Origin: Gammaproteobacteria bacterium
GTDB lineage: Bacteria; Pseudomonadota; Gammaproteobacteria; UBA4575
Direction of reading: 5' to 3'
Length of the DNA: 64,000 nucleotides
Assembly: GCA_028279275.1 (NCBI GenBank)
Contig: JANQOB010000012.1
Coordinates: 20,203 to 84,202 of the forward strand
Below are positions 40,335 through 50,552 of this stretch, in pieces. Every line of letters begins with the position of its first letter. Position 1 is the stretch's first letter. The translations under genes were made by a program, and so were the position numbers. The notes below the pieces were generated by a model. It made no database searches and was not told the origin of the DNA. It saw nothing but the letters and a program-made list of their open reading frames with translations.

Positions 40335-41864
40335 GTGGCTGAGCTAACTACGATTGGAACAGAATTTGGGGCCACAAATACGGAAAGCCTACGCACGCCA
40401 CCTTATTCCTTAGAGGCAGAACAAGCTGTAATCGGTGGATTAATTCTCGATAACTCAACCTGGGATCAGGTTGCAGATCGTATCAATGAAAATGATTTTC
40501 ATTTGTTTGCTCATCGATTGATTTTCAGAACGATCGATGAGTTGATTGAAAAACAACAACCCTTTGATGTTCTCACGCTTTCAGATCTATTACGTCAAAA
40601 AGCTGAAATCGCAGATACAAATGTTCTTGCTTATCTCGGTACTCTCGCGAATGAAACTCCAAGTGCTGCAAACATTCGTGCTTACGCTGATATCGTTCGT
40701 GAAAAATCCATTCTAAGACAACTGGTAACGGCAGGAAATGAGATTGCATCCAGTGGTTTGTCTCCGGATGGTCGTGATGTAAATGAATTATTGGATGAAG
40801 CAGAAAAAAAGGTTTTCCAAATTTCTGATCACAGTGTTCATACTGACCAAGGTCCTCAAAACATAAAGTCGTTGCTTAAAACAACGGTTGAGCAAATTGA
40901 TGAGTTGTTTGAGCGTGGCGATCATATAACGGGTTTGCCTAGTGGCTATGACGAATTTGATGAAAAAACTGCAGGTTTGCAAAATGGTGAATTGATTATT
41001 GTTGCAGGTCGCCCATCTATGGGTAAGACCAGTTTTGCCATGAATATTGTTGAGTATGCTGCATTACGAAGTAATGCTTCAGTTGCTATTTTTAGTATGG
41101 AAATGCCTGGTCGTTCGCTTACCATGCGTATGTTGTCTTCTATGGGGCGTATTGATGCACAACGTATACGAACCGGGAAGCTAACCGATGATGATTGGCC
41201 GCGTTTAACCAGCGCCGTATCAATGTTGTCGGAGTCTAATTTATTCATTGATGACACCGCAGCACTGTCTCCTACTGAATTACGCGCACGTGCACGCAGA
41301 TTAAAGCGCGAACATGGTTTGTCTTTAATTGTGGTGGATTATTTACAGCTCATGCAGGTAAGTGGTACTACCGAAAATCGAGCAACGGAAATTTCAGAAA
41401 TATCCCGATCGTTAAAGGCATTGGCGAAAGAATTAGATGTTCCGATTGTTGCTTTATCGCAGTTAAATCGTAGTTTAGAGCAACGCCAAGATAAGCGACC
41501 TGTAATGTCAGATCTTCGTGAGTCGGGCGCTATTGAGCAAGATGCAGATTTGATTGTGTTTATTTATCGCGATGAAGTTTATAACGAAGATTCACCTGAT
41601 CAAGGTACGGCTGAAATCATTGTCGCAAAACAGCGTAATGGTCCGATATTTAAATCTAGATTAACTTTCTTAGGACAATATACTCGATTTGAAAATTATG
41701 TACCTGAGATTTATACAGGTAGCCCGATTGCCGGTGAAGGATATTCCAGCCCGACTACGACGGGCTCAGATGTTTCGATTACAGAACCGAGTTTTTCTGA
41801 ACAGAAGTTTTCAGATAAGGATTTTACTAATAACGATTTTCCTAATGAATTTGATGATGATTAG
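40335..41864 (+). CDS. dnaB: Replicative DNA helicase DnaB (with ~40-aa extra acidic/aromatic C-terminal tail)
   Basis: Walker A GRPSMGKTSFA and an RecA-like core. At 509 aa it is longer than E. coli DnaB (471 aa), and the tail ends ..DFTNNDFPNEFDDD. Confidence 0.95.
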   Translation: MAELTTIGTEFGATNTESLRTPPYSLEAEQAVIGGLILDNSTWDQVADRINENDFHLFAHRLIFRTIDELIEKQQPFDVLTLSDLLRQKAEIADTNVLAYLGTLANETPSAANIRAYADIVREKSILRQLVTAGNEIASSGLSPDGRDVNELLDEAEKKVFQISDHSVHTDQGPQNIKSLLKTTVEQIDELFERGDHITGLPSGYDEFDEKTAGLQNGELIIVAGRPSMGKTSFAMNIVEYAALRSNASVAIFSMEMPGRSLTMRMLSSMGRIDAQRIRTGKLTDDDWPRLTSAVSMLSESNLFIDDTAALSPTELRARARRLKREHGLSLIVVDYLQLMQVSGTTENRATEISEISRSLKALAKELDVPIVALSQLNRSLEQRQDKRPVMSDLRESGAIEQDADLIVFIYRDEVYNEDSPDQGTAEIIVAKQRNGPIFKSRLTFLGQYTRFENYVPEIYTGSPIAGEGYSSPTTTGSDVSITEPSFSEQKFSDKDFTNNDFPNEFDDD

Positions 41865-41903
41865 TAAGATTCTGTATAAAAGCTGTTACTATGAGTTGAT
41901 TGC

Positions 41904-42983
41904 ATGAAGCGTGCAGCATTCGCGCGAATTAACCTAGCCCACCTTAATCATAATCTCGCAACCATACGAAAGGTTGCGAATCAATCAAAAATTATGGCCG
42001 TTGTTAAAGCAAATGCTTATGGCCATGGCATGTTAGAAGTATGTCAAAGTCTTGATGGTGCAGATGCTTTCGCGGTTGCATATGTTAATGAAGCGATGGA
42101 GTTGCGCGAGAATGGTATTCGAAAACCTATAGTGGCTCTGCAAGGCTTTAGCGACTCTGAAGATTTACAAAATGCAATTGCACAAAATATTGATGTGGTT
42201 ATTCACCATGAAGAGCAGTTGAAAATTCTAAAAACACTTTCCACGACAGCAAAATTGGATGTATTAATAAAAATTGATACTGGCATGCATCGTTTAGGAT
42301 TTGCTGTGGAGGAATTTCAAAATGTTTTAAAGCAACTGCAATCACTGCTTCATGAATCTTCGAAAATCAAATTAATGACACACCTGGCATGCGCAGATGA
42401 AATTAACAATTTTGCAACCACTCAGCAACTTGAGCAGTTTGATCTTGTTGTTAAAAATAATACTTTTGAACAGACTATTGCAAATTCCGCCGCTATTTTA
42501 GCTTGGCCAGGGAGCCACCGAGACTGGGTTCGCCCAGGCCTAACTTTATATGGCGTCAATCCTATTGAGCCAACGTACAGGACAGATCCGGTAGATTTAC
42601 GCGCCGTGATGAGTCTTCATGCACCCTTAATTTCAATAAAAAACTGTAAGAAAGGTGAGAAAATTGGTTATGGAGGCGATTTTAGTTGCCCTGAGGATAT
42701 GCTCATAGGCATCATAGCAGTTGGCTATGCAGATGGTTATCCACGACATTTGTGTAATAGACCAAATGTTTTGATCGGCGCACAACTAGCACCTATTGTG
42801 GGTCGAGTGTCGATGGATATGATTGCGATTGATCTTACAGGAGTGGAGACACACATTGGAGCGATTGCTGAACTATGGGGCGAGTCTGTTTCTGTTGAAG
42901 AAGTTGCGAAACATGCTGAAACCATAAGTTATGAATTGTTATGCGCTGCAGGAAATGCGGTAGAAAAAAAATACATTTTATGA
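41904..42983 (+). CDS. alr: Alanine racemase
   Basis: PLP-lysine motif AVVKANAYGHG, downstream of dnaB as in E. coli. Confidence 0.9.
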   Translation: MKRAAFARINLAHLNHNLATIRKVANQSKIMAVVKANAYGHGMLEVCQSLDGADAFAVAYVNEAMELRENGIRKPIVALQGFSDSEDLQNAIAQNIDVVIHHEEQLKILKTLSTTAKLDVLIKIDTGMHRLGFAVEEFQNVLKQLQSLLHESSKIKLMTHLACADEINNFATTQQLEQFDLVVKNNTFEQTIANSAAILAWPGSHRDWVRPGLTLYGVNPIEPTYRTDPVDLRAVMSLHAPLISIKNCKKGEKIGYGGDFSCPEDMLIGIIAVGYADGYPRHLCNRPNVLIGAQLAPIVGRVSMDMIAIDLTGVETHIGAIAELWGESVSVEEVAKHAETISYELLCAAGNAVEKKYIL

Positions 42984-42995
42984 TGGCGGTGTGAT

Positions 42996-44660
42996 ATGGA
43001 AAAAGTTTGGTTAAAAAGCTATCCAGAAGGCGTTCCCGAATTTGCTGAATTAGATCAGTATAATTCTCTGGCGCATATGTTTGATGAATGTGCAGAACGG
43101 CATAGCCATTTACCCGCGTTTACAAACATGGGTGCAACACTGAGTTTCTCTGAACTCAATATCGAGAGCTATAACTTTGCGGCTTATTTACAGTCAGAAC
43201 TAGGCTGTAATAAAGGTGATCGTGTTGCAATTATGCTCCCCAATATTTTGCAGTTTCCGGTGGCGCTATATGGTGTGTTACGTTCCGGTTGTGTTGCGGT
43301 AGATGTTAATCCACTTTATACCTCGCGCGAGTTGGGTCATTACTTAAAAGATTCTGGCGCTAAAGTTATTGTCATTTTAGAAAATTTTGCAGATGTTTTG
43401 GCTGAAATTATTCATGAAACGGATGTTGAGCATGTAATACTCGCTCGAGTAGGGGATTTGCTCGGTTTCCCAAAATCGCATTTAGTTAATTTTGTTCTTA
43501 AATACGTACAGAAAAAAATTCCCAGTTACTCTCTTAATAAAGTTATTCCATTCAATGAGGTTTTAGCGGTTGGCCAGCAACGTCAATTAATAAAGCCTGA
43601 AATTACGCGTAAGGATCTTGCATTTTTACAATTTACAGGTGGTACAACAGGTTTGGCAAAAGGTGCAATGTTGTCGCATGGAAACTTATTGGCCAACGTT
43701 GCGCAAGCGGGAACTTTTTTTGGTCCAATATTAGAAGAAGGTACTGAAATAGTGATAACGGCTTTACCGCTTTACCACATCTTTTCATTAACTGCGAATT
43801 GCTTTTTGTTTACAAAAATCGGTGGGTTAAATTATTTAATCACGAACCCACGTGATATGAAGGGCTTTGTTAAAGAATTAGGCAAGGTTAAATTTTCTGT
43901 AATCACAGGAGTGAATACATTATTTAATGGATTACTAAATACTGAAGGATTCTCTGAATTAGACTTCTCGCATTTAAAAGTCACCTTAGGTGGAGGAATG
44001 GCGGTGCAAGAATCTGTAGCAACAGAGTGGCATGAAACAACAGGATGTGTTTTAGCTGAGGCTTATGGTTTAACTGAGGCTTCTCCTGCGGTCACTATGA
44101 ACCCTTATAACCTGCAAGAATACAATGGCACGATTGGATTACCGATTCCAAATACTGAAATCTCAATTCAAGATGATGATGGTAATCATCTTGGTATTGA
44201 AGAAGCGGGAGAGCTCTGTGTGCGTGGTCCGCAAGTCATGCAAGGATATTGGAATCGACCCGAAGAAACTAAAAATACCATTAGTGAAGACGGTTGGTTA
44301 AAGACTGGTGATATTGCAATGGTGTCTGAAGATGGCTTTGTGCGTATTGTAGATCGGAAAAAAGATATGATTTTAGTTTCGGGCTTCAATGTGTATCCAA
44401 ATGAAATTGAAAATGTAGTGCAATCGCATAATGGAGTTCTAGAGGTTGCAGCGGTTGGAGTCGATGATGAAGAGTCTGGTGAAGTCGTAAAATTATTTAT
44501 TGTTAAAAAAGATCCTGCGTTGACTGAGGAAGACGTGTTGGAGTACTGCAAGGATCGCCTTACTCGCTATAAGTGGCCTAAATACATTGAATTTCGCGAT
44601 GAATTACCCAAGACGAATGTTGGAAAAATTTTACGTCGTGCATTAAGGGACGGTGAATAG
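42996..44660 (+). CDS. fadD: Long-chain-fatty-acid--CoA ligase (AMP-binding family)
   Basis: AMP-binding motifs (FTGGTTGLAKGAML, GYGLTE). 554 aa. Confidence 0.8.
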   Translation: MEKVWLKSYPEGVPEFAELDQYNSLAHMFDECAERHSHLPAFTNMGATLSFSELNIESYNFAAYLQSELGCNKGDRVAIMLPNILQFPVALYGVLRSGCVAVDVNPLYTSRELGHYLKDSGAKVIVILENFADVLAEIIHETDVEHVILARVGDLLGFPKSHLVNFVLKYVQKKIPSYSLNKVIPFNEVLAVGQQRQLIKPEITRKDLAFLQFTGGTTGLAKGAMLSHGNLLANVAQAGTFFGPILEEGTEIVITALPLYHIFSLTANCFLFTKIGGLNYLITNPRDMKGFVKELGKVKFSVITGVNTLFNGLLNTEGFSELDFSHLKVTLGGGMAVQESVATEWHETTGCVLAEAYGLTEASPAVTMNPYNLQEYNGTIGLPIPNTEISIQDDDGNHLGIEEAGELCVRGPQVMQGYWNRPEETKNTISEDGWLKTGDIAMVSEDGFVRIVDRKKDMILVSGFNVYPNEIENVVQSHNGVLEVAAVGVDDEESGEVVKLFIVKKDPALTEEDVLEYCKDRLTRYKWPKYIEFRDELPKTNVGKILRRALRDGE

Positions 44661-44877
44661 CTGATAACTGCTAATTTTATAGTAACGTTCTGAATGTGTG
44701 TGGAATTATCCACTAGCATCGCATTTATTGCCTAAAAAAATTCCCAAAAAAATATATGGAATTTATAAAAAGTGTGACGTAGTTACGTTGATCAAATGGC
44801 AATAATTCGTGACTATAGGAACTCTTAAAATTTCTAATGAGCCTCTCTGGCGAGGCTGGCTTTGGAGTTGGTCATAA

Positions 44878-45375
44878 GTGAAGTCGTACGAACAATCTGA
44901 AGATTCAGTGAGCGATGCACAGCTTGCATTAGAACGTCGAGATCGTAGTGATCGGCGTCGACCTTCGTTTAAGGGATTTGTCTATGGGTTGTTTTTAGCT
45001 AGACGCCGTGGTCCACGACGCGCAGAAAATTTATATCAATATAGCGACTGGTATGACGTAAAGCTGTTGGTTTTATCGCTGAGTTTATTGTTGCTCTCTT
45101 GTTTAGACGCGGCTATGACAATGAAACTATTGTCTTTAGGGGCAGTGGAACTAAACCCTATTATGAATGAATTGATAAATCAGGGTACGCGTTATTTTAT
45201 TTGGATTAAAATTGCAGTTACAGCATTATGTATCGTCGTGTTAGTTGCACACAATCGCATTAAATTATTTAATTTTTTGCGTGTAGATGTGATGTTAATA
45301 ACTGCAGTTTTTATATATCTTGGATTAGTGACCTACGAGTTTTACCTTTATACTTTAGGCGCTCCTGCAGCTTAA
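44878..45375 (+). CDS. Membrane protein with N-terminal Arg-cluster module (paralog D); GTG start
   Basis: ERRDRSDRRR..FVYGLFLARRRGPRR followed by 3-4 hydrophobic helices. Confidence 0.5.
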   Translation: MKSYEQSEDSVSDAQLALERRDRSDRRRPSFKGFVYGLFLARRRGPRRAENLYQYSDWYDVKLLVLSLSLLLLSCLDAAMTMKLLSLGAVELNPIMNELINQGTRYFIWIKIAVTALCIVVLVAHNRIKLFNFLRVDVMLITAVFIYLGLVTYEFYLYTLGAPAA

Positions 45376-45728
45376 TTTAGCGATTGAATTAAGCTTTCGT
45401 TTGGATCTTGTCTAATCTTCCTTAATTCTCTTTGCCAAAGTTTTATATTTTTTGGACTTATGCCTTTTTCAACGCTGTCTAGCCATTGGTCATGACAGTT
45501 CATAACGAGTTCTAAACCTTCATCAGTAAAATCGGCAACTTTGATTTCTAGTGAGTGCCAATCTTCCATAGTTTTGGGAAGTTTGCATTTATACAAATTG
45601 CTTTCTAGAAAAAAGCCTAACAGCGGTTCATATCTTAATTTGAAATTTTCAATAGCCTCCAATCTGGCTGTGTCATCCATTTCTTCGTGTATGTACCATT
45701 TGCACGCATCAATTGTAAATTCTTTCAT
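45372..45728 (-). CDS. Hypothetical protein (118 aa)
   Basis: ORF in the AT-rich islet. Convergent with the upstream gene, overlapping it by 4 nt. Confidence 0.4.
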   Translation of the reverse strand: MKEFTIDACKWYIHEEMDDTARLEAIENFKLRYEPLLGFFLESNLYKCKLPKTMEDWHSLEIKVADFTDEGLELVMNCHDQWLDSVEKGISPKNIKLWQRELRKIRQDPNESLIQSLN

Positions 45729-45926
45729 CGCGCGTCCTTTCAGTTAGAAGTTCATGTCCATGTGTTTAGAGGTTCATGTTTATATATTTTTTCATGTATA
45801 GAAAATATATTTCACTAAAGCGCATATTGTTGTTCAATTTATCTTGTGCATACAAACTTTATTTATTCATATCGTCTGGATTTGTTTACCATTTATCCTA
45901 ATTGCATGTAACAATTTGTTAATAAT

Positions 45927-46652
45927 CTAAACTTCAACAATCACGGCATTGAAGTATTGGGCATATACCTCTAAAGCACGATCTTTCGCTAAACCTAAAT
46001 GGTCTGCAAGAGCTAAGTCCATGCCGCGGAAGCTAACTTCAAAATCACTAGAGTTTGTTTCACTTTTTACATAAAAGGGTGACTCTTTGTTATTGAGTAG
46101 AAATATTTTTGCAATAGACTGTTCAATGGGTATATCTAGTGACACATATTGTAGATCTGAGTAATGCTGCTTTGTATGTTCTCTAGCTGCGATAGATATA
46201 TCATCAAAGCGAGCAGTTAATGCAAATGCTTGTTTGCGATCTAGCCAGGTTTCAATATGTTTGCTTTGAATTTCTAATATTTTTTCTGCATGCACACTTC
46301 CTAATTCACTAATTGCGTATACAAAAAAGATATAGAGTTGGTAAAGCTTTATTGCATTTGTAAAAACCGGTATAAAAGATTTGGGAGTTTGGTGGTCTTC
46401 TTGAACAGCATAGTTAAAGGGAGTTAAGTTTTTAAGTAATAAATGCAAAGGATAAAATGCAACACTCTCTATAGTTCTAACTTCACTGCCTACATCTACA
46501 TCTTGGTCGATATGATATTCTTGGAGACTTAAACGTGCAGTAGATTTTCGATTTGCTACTTCATTGGCTGTCAAACCCCATAAGTCTGGAAAATCTGTTG
46601 AATCAATTAATTGCGTCTGACTCAAGGCGGCACTCCGGAACGATAAATACAA
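45927..46652 (-). CDS. Hypothetical protein (241 aa)
   Basis: ORF in the AT-rich islet. No recognisable motifs. Confidence 0.4.
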   Translation of the reverse strand: MYLSFRSAALSQTQLIDSTDFPDLWGLTANEVANRKSTARLSLQEYHIDQDVDVGSEVRTIESVAFYPLHLLLKNLTPFNYAVQEDHQTPKSFIPVFTNAIKLYQLYIFFVYAISELGSVHAEKILEIQSKHIETWLDRKQAFALTARFDDISIAAREHTKQHYSDLQYVSLDIPIEQSIAKIFLLNNKESPFYVKSETNSSDFEVSFRGMDLALADHLGLAKDRALEVYAQYFNAVIVEV

Positions 46653-47355
46653 TGGAAATGTGTATATTAGAGTGGCTTTTTAATTATCCTCTACAAGCTT
46701 GAGATCGTCCGTTGCAAAGCCGCGATGGAAGGATATTGGCTAGGTATATTTAAATAGAAAATCAGAGCGGTTTGAGTTTTAGGTGTTTATCAGAATGTGA
46801 GGTAGTCCACATCTAGTAGTATTATTATCATTGTATTCCAAAGACTTTTGAATTTTTCCAATAAGGTTGAAATGCTAGATTTTTCTGCCGTGAAAATACA
46901 GAGTAATCGTTGTAGTTCGAATTCAATTTGAAGTCAGTGGTAGGTATAGATTAATGGTGATTCCAAACCATCTGCGTTCGAAAAATTAACTAATAATCTA
47001 CCGTTCATCTGAGGGTAAATTCTGTTGATATAAGCTGAATGTATGAAATCTTATGGAAAATAATGCAACTCATCGGTTCTATTGAGGGTGTGGTAGAGGA
47101 ATTTGACTAAGACTGCTCAGAGCAAGCTTCGAATGATTTAATATTGATAGTAAGCATACTCAATGATGATAAGGGTTTAGACACTTGAGGAGGATGGTTG
47201 ACTATGCTTTAAGGCTTGGGATTTCAATAATTACTGTTATAGTAAGAATTGTTTGAGCATAGAATGAAATTGATAGAATACTAGAGTGTTTTTTGTGATG
47301 CTGCGTTTTACATTAAGTTTGTTTAATTTAGGTTGCTTTAATTAATAGCATTTCC

Positions 47356-49209
47356 ATGACTAGTACTAATTCTGAAACTTTAACGTCTTTATACCGAAGG
47401 CTGGGGATTGTTGTTTTGGAACAGCGGCAAGATAAAAGCCTTTGGTTGATTTCGCCTATGCCTGATTGGTTTCCAATGTTAGCTGAGATAAACGAAGATT
47501 CTAAACAAAGCCAGGTAAGAGCTCTCAAGTCTAATGTTTTAAACTCTTTCGTTGAAAATGATGTTCAAAAGATGTGGTCCAGCGGTCAAGAGAGAAATGT
47601 ATCGTCCATTTGGATTGAATTGGATCCAGCAGAAAATAGTATTCCTTTTCAAGCAACGGCCTTGCGTCAAGTGGATAGCATGCTAATTATTATTGAACAT
47701 GTGCCTGACGCATATGAAGCAAAGCAATCGCAAGCAAAACAAATACGTGAAAACGATTTACTTAAAGAATTATTGGAAGGCAAAAAAGCTGAACAGGCTC
47801 AAAAAATTGCCTCGCGAGAAACAGAGTTAGAGCAGGAAATCAGAGAGCGGCGTGCTTTAGAAAAACAACTTACCCATCTTGCATTTCATGATTCGTTAAC
47901 AGGTTTACCAAATCGATCTCTATTTATCGATCGATTACAAAGATCCATTGCAGAGGCTGAACGAAAAAAAGAATCTGTAGTGGTGATGTTCATAGATTTG
48001 GATGACTTTAAAAAAGTGAATGATTCATTTGGTCATCATGTAGGTGATAAGGTAATTCAAAGCGCAGCATTACGTTTAAAAAAATGTTTGCGCGATATTG
48101 ATTCCATTGCTCGTTTGGGGGGTGACGAATTCACCTTGCTTGTACCACATATAGGTGAACGTGAGGATATAGAAATTATTGCCAGGAGGCTTATTGAATC
48201 CTTAGATGAGCCGATTATCGCGGAGGGTAATGAATTTCGCATGTCGATCAGTATTGGGATTTCAGTTTATCCCAATGATGCCAGCAACGAAGATAATTTA
48301 TTGCGCAATGCAGATACAGCTATGTATTTTGCTAAACATACCCGAGGCCCAAGCTACAAGTTTTATGAGGCAGATATGGGTACTTCGCCATCAAAACGCT
48401 TGGCTTTAGTTTCTGATATCGAGTTGGCATTGCAACAAAAAGAATTTTTCTTGGTTTATCAGCCTATCGTCAATGTGCAGAATATGGAAGTGATGGGTGC
48501 TGAAGCCTTATTGCGTTGGCGGCGTTCAGATGGCGAAATTGTAGAACCTGATCGATTCGTGCCGTTGGCTTGTGAATCGGAACTGATTGTCAAAATTGGT
48601 GTATGGGTGATTAATCAGAGTTGTAATCAACTCAGAAACTGGCGTGGTATTTACGGTGATAAATTTAGAATGATAATAAATTTATCTTTACGTGAACTGG
48701 AGTCTAAAAAGTGTAGAGAAACTTTACGCGAGCAGATGGAAAATATGAATTTACCTCCTGGTTCATTGGAAGTGGAAATTACCGACACAGCACCGATTGA
48801 AAATTCAAACATAATGCAAACGAATGTCGATTTTCTAAAAAGTTTGCATGTCTCAACTGCTATTAATCATTTTGGTGACCGTCAAACTTCTTTGAAGTCC
48901 ATAAAATCGCTTGGGTTACATTCCATAAAAATAGATCGATATTTTTTAAATGGTATTGAATCTGATCAAGATAGTTATGATGTGTTTAATGGTATTGTAA
49001 AACTAAGCTTATCTTTATCAGATAATGTGTTAGTTGAGGGAATTGAGAGCAAAAAACAGCTTGATATCATTCGAAATATGGATGTTAGAGAAGCACAAGG
49101 ATTCTTTTTCACACAACCATTAGAGTCGCACTTTTTTGATCAGTGGATGAAGGAGTTTGATAAAAAACAAAAAACTCAACTCAAGCTTGTGAAGCAAGAG
49201 AAAGCATAG
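47356..49209 (+). CDS. Diguanylate cyclase/phosphodiesterase (sensor-GGDEF-EAL)
   Basis: GGDEF motif intact (ARLGGDEFTLL) and EAL motif intact (EALLRW). Coiled-coil linker and an N-terminal sensor-like region. Confidence 0.85.
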   Translation: MTSTNSETLTSLYRRLGIVVLEQRQDKSLWLISPMPDWFPMLAEINEDSKQSQVRALKSNVLNSFVENDVQKMWSSGQERNVSSIWIELDPAENSIPFQATALRQVDSMLIIIEHVPDAYEAKQSQAKQIRENDLLKELLEGKKAEQAQKIASRETELEQEIRERRALEKQLTHLAFHDSLTGLPNRSLFIDRLQRSIAEAERKKESVVVMFIDLDDFKKVNDSFGHHVGDKVIQSAALRLKKCLRDIDSIARLGGDEFTLLVPHIGEREDIEIIARRLIESLDEPIIAEGNEFRMSISIGISVYPNDASNEDNLLRNADTAMYFAKHTRGPSYKFYEADMGTSPSKRLALVSDIELALQQKEFFLVYQPIVNVQNMEVMGAEALLRWRRSDGEIVEPDRFVPLACESELIVKIGVWVINQSCNQLRNWRGIYGDKFRMIINLSLRELESKKCRETLREQMENMNLPPGSLEVEITDTAPIENSNIMQTNVDFLKSLHVSTAINHFGDRQTSLKSIKSLGLHSIKIDRYFLNGIESDQDSYDVFNGIVKLSLSLSDNVLVEGIESKKQLDIIRNMDVREAQGFFFTQPLESHFFDQWMKEFDKKQKTQLKLVKQEKA

Positions 49210-50433
49210 CTATGCTGCAGTATAATGTTCTGCAACATAGTTTTGTAAAATTGATTTAAATTCCGACGCGATATTTTCACCTCTCAGAGTGGTGAATTTT
49301 TTTCCATCTATAAAAACCGGCGCAGTAGGCGCTTCGCCTGTTCCGGGTAAACTTATTCCTATATTTGCATGTTTACTTTCACCTGGGCCATTAACAACAC
49401 AACCCATTACTGCAACTTTCATCTCTTCAACACCCGTGTATTGTTGCTTCCATACTTGCATTTGAGACTTTAAATATTCATCGATATCTGCTGCCAGATG
49501 TTGAAAATATTCACTGGTTGTACGTCCACAACCAGGGCATGAAGTAACTTGCGGTGTAAATGAACGAAGCTCCATCATTTGCAGAATTTGTTGAGCTACA
49601 CGCACTTCCTGCGTGCGGTCCCCACCAGGTTCAGGGGTAAGGGAAATGCGAATCGTATCGCCGATGCCTTCTTGCAGTAATACCGATAATGCCGCAGTTG
49701 AAGCTACGATACCTTTGCTGCCCATACCAGCTTCAGTGAGGCCAAGATGTAATGCGTAATCACATTGTTTGGCTAAATCTCGATATACGCGTATCAACGC
49801 CTGAACTTCGCTTAGTTTGCATGAAAGAATGATCTTGTTATGAGCCAAACCTAATTTTTCCGCTAGTGCAGCGCTTTCCAATGCGGATGCGATGAGTGCA
49901 TCATGCATCACTTCGGGTAGACTCTTTGGTTGTTTGGATTGTGAGTTTTCATCCAACTTCTTGGCTAACAGATCTTGGTCTAAGCTGCCCCAATTGACTC
50001 CAATGCGTATCGGTTTTTCATGTTTACATGCAATTTCGATAATTTCTGTAAATTGTTTGTCATGTAAGTCACCGCGACCAATATTTCCAGGATTAATTCG
50101 GTACTTATCGAGTGCTTGTGCACATTCCGCATACTTACTCAGTAATCGCCCACCATTAAAATGAAAATCGCCAACAATAGGAACATTGATATTTGTTTGT
50201 TGCAGTTGCTCATAAATTTTTGGCACTGCCTGGGCTGCATCTTTGTTGTTGACAGTAATACGTACAATTTCAGATCCTGCATTGGCTAGGTCAGTAATTT
50301 GCGCTACCGTTTTGTTTACATCTGCAGTATCAGTGTTAGTCATGGACTGAACTACAATGGGCGCATGCCCCCCTACGGTTACATTTCCTACTTGTACAGC
50401 TGTGCTATTGCGTCGAAAATTCATTGAGCTCAT
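49210..50433 (-). CDS. ispG: 4-hydroxy-3-methylbut-2-en-1-yl diphosphate synthase
   Basis: GcpE family sequence with the C-terminal 4Fe-4S Cys triad ([15 protein letters not shown]). Confidence 0.95.
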   Translation of the reverse strand: MSSMNFRRNSTAVQVGNVTVGGHAPIVVQSMTNTDTADVNKTVAQITDLANAGSEIVRITVNNKDAAQAVPKIYEQLQQTNINVPIVGDFHFNGGRLLSKYAECAQALDKYRINPGNIGRGDLHDKQFTEIIEIACKHEKPIRIGVNWGSLDQDLLAKKLDENSQSKQPKSLPEVMHDALIASALESAALAEKLGLAHNKIILSCKLSEVQALIRVYRDLAKQCDYALHLGLTEAGMGSKGIVASTAALSVLLQEGIGDTIRISLTPEPGGDRTQEVRVAQQILQMMELRSFTPQVTSCPGCGRTTSEYFQHLAADIDEYLKSQMQVWKQQYTGVEEMKVAVMGCVVNGPGESKHANIGISLPGTGEAPTAPVFIDGKKFTTLRGENIASEFKSILQNYVAEHYTAA

Positions 50434-50552
50434 AGTTGAGATCGATATGTATATAATTTAAATAACTATGCAGAATAGTAACTCATTAGGATCATATTGC
50501 GAGTAGAATTAAGCAATAAGATCTATAAAAACCCTATATTTTTTAACCCATC

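Noticed and set aside
50434-50552. TPP riboswitch upstream of yjbQ (YjbQ-family genes are sometimes thiamine-linked)
   Set aside because: No CUGAGA/ACCUGAUCUGGAUAAUGCCAGCG-like TPP-aptamer core is visible in the 119-bp leader.
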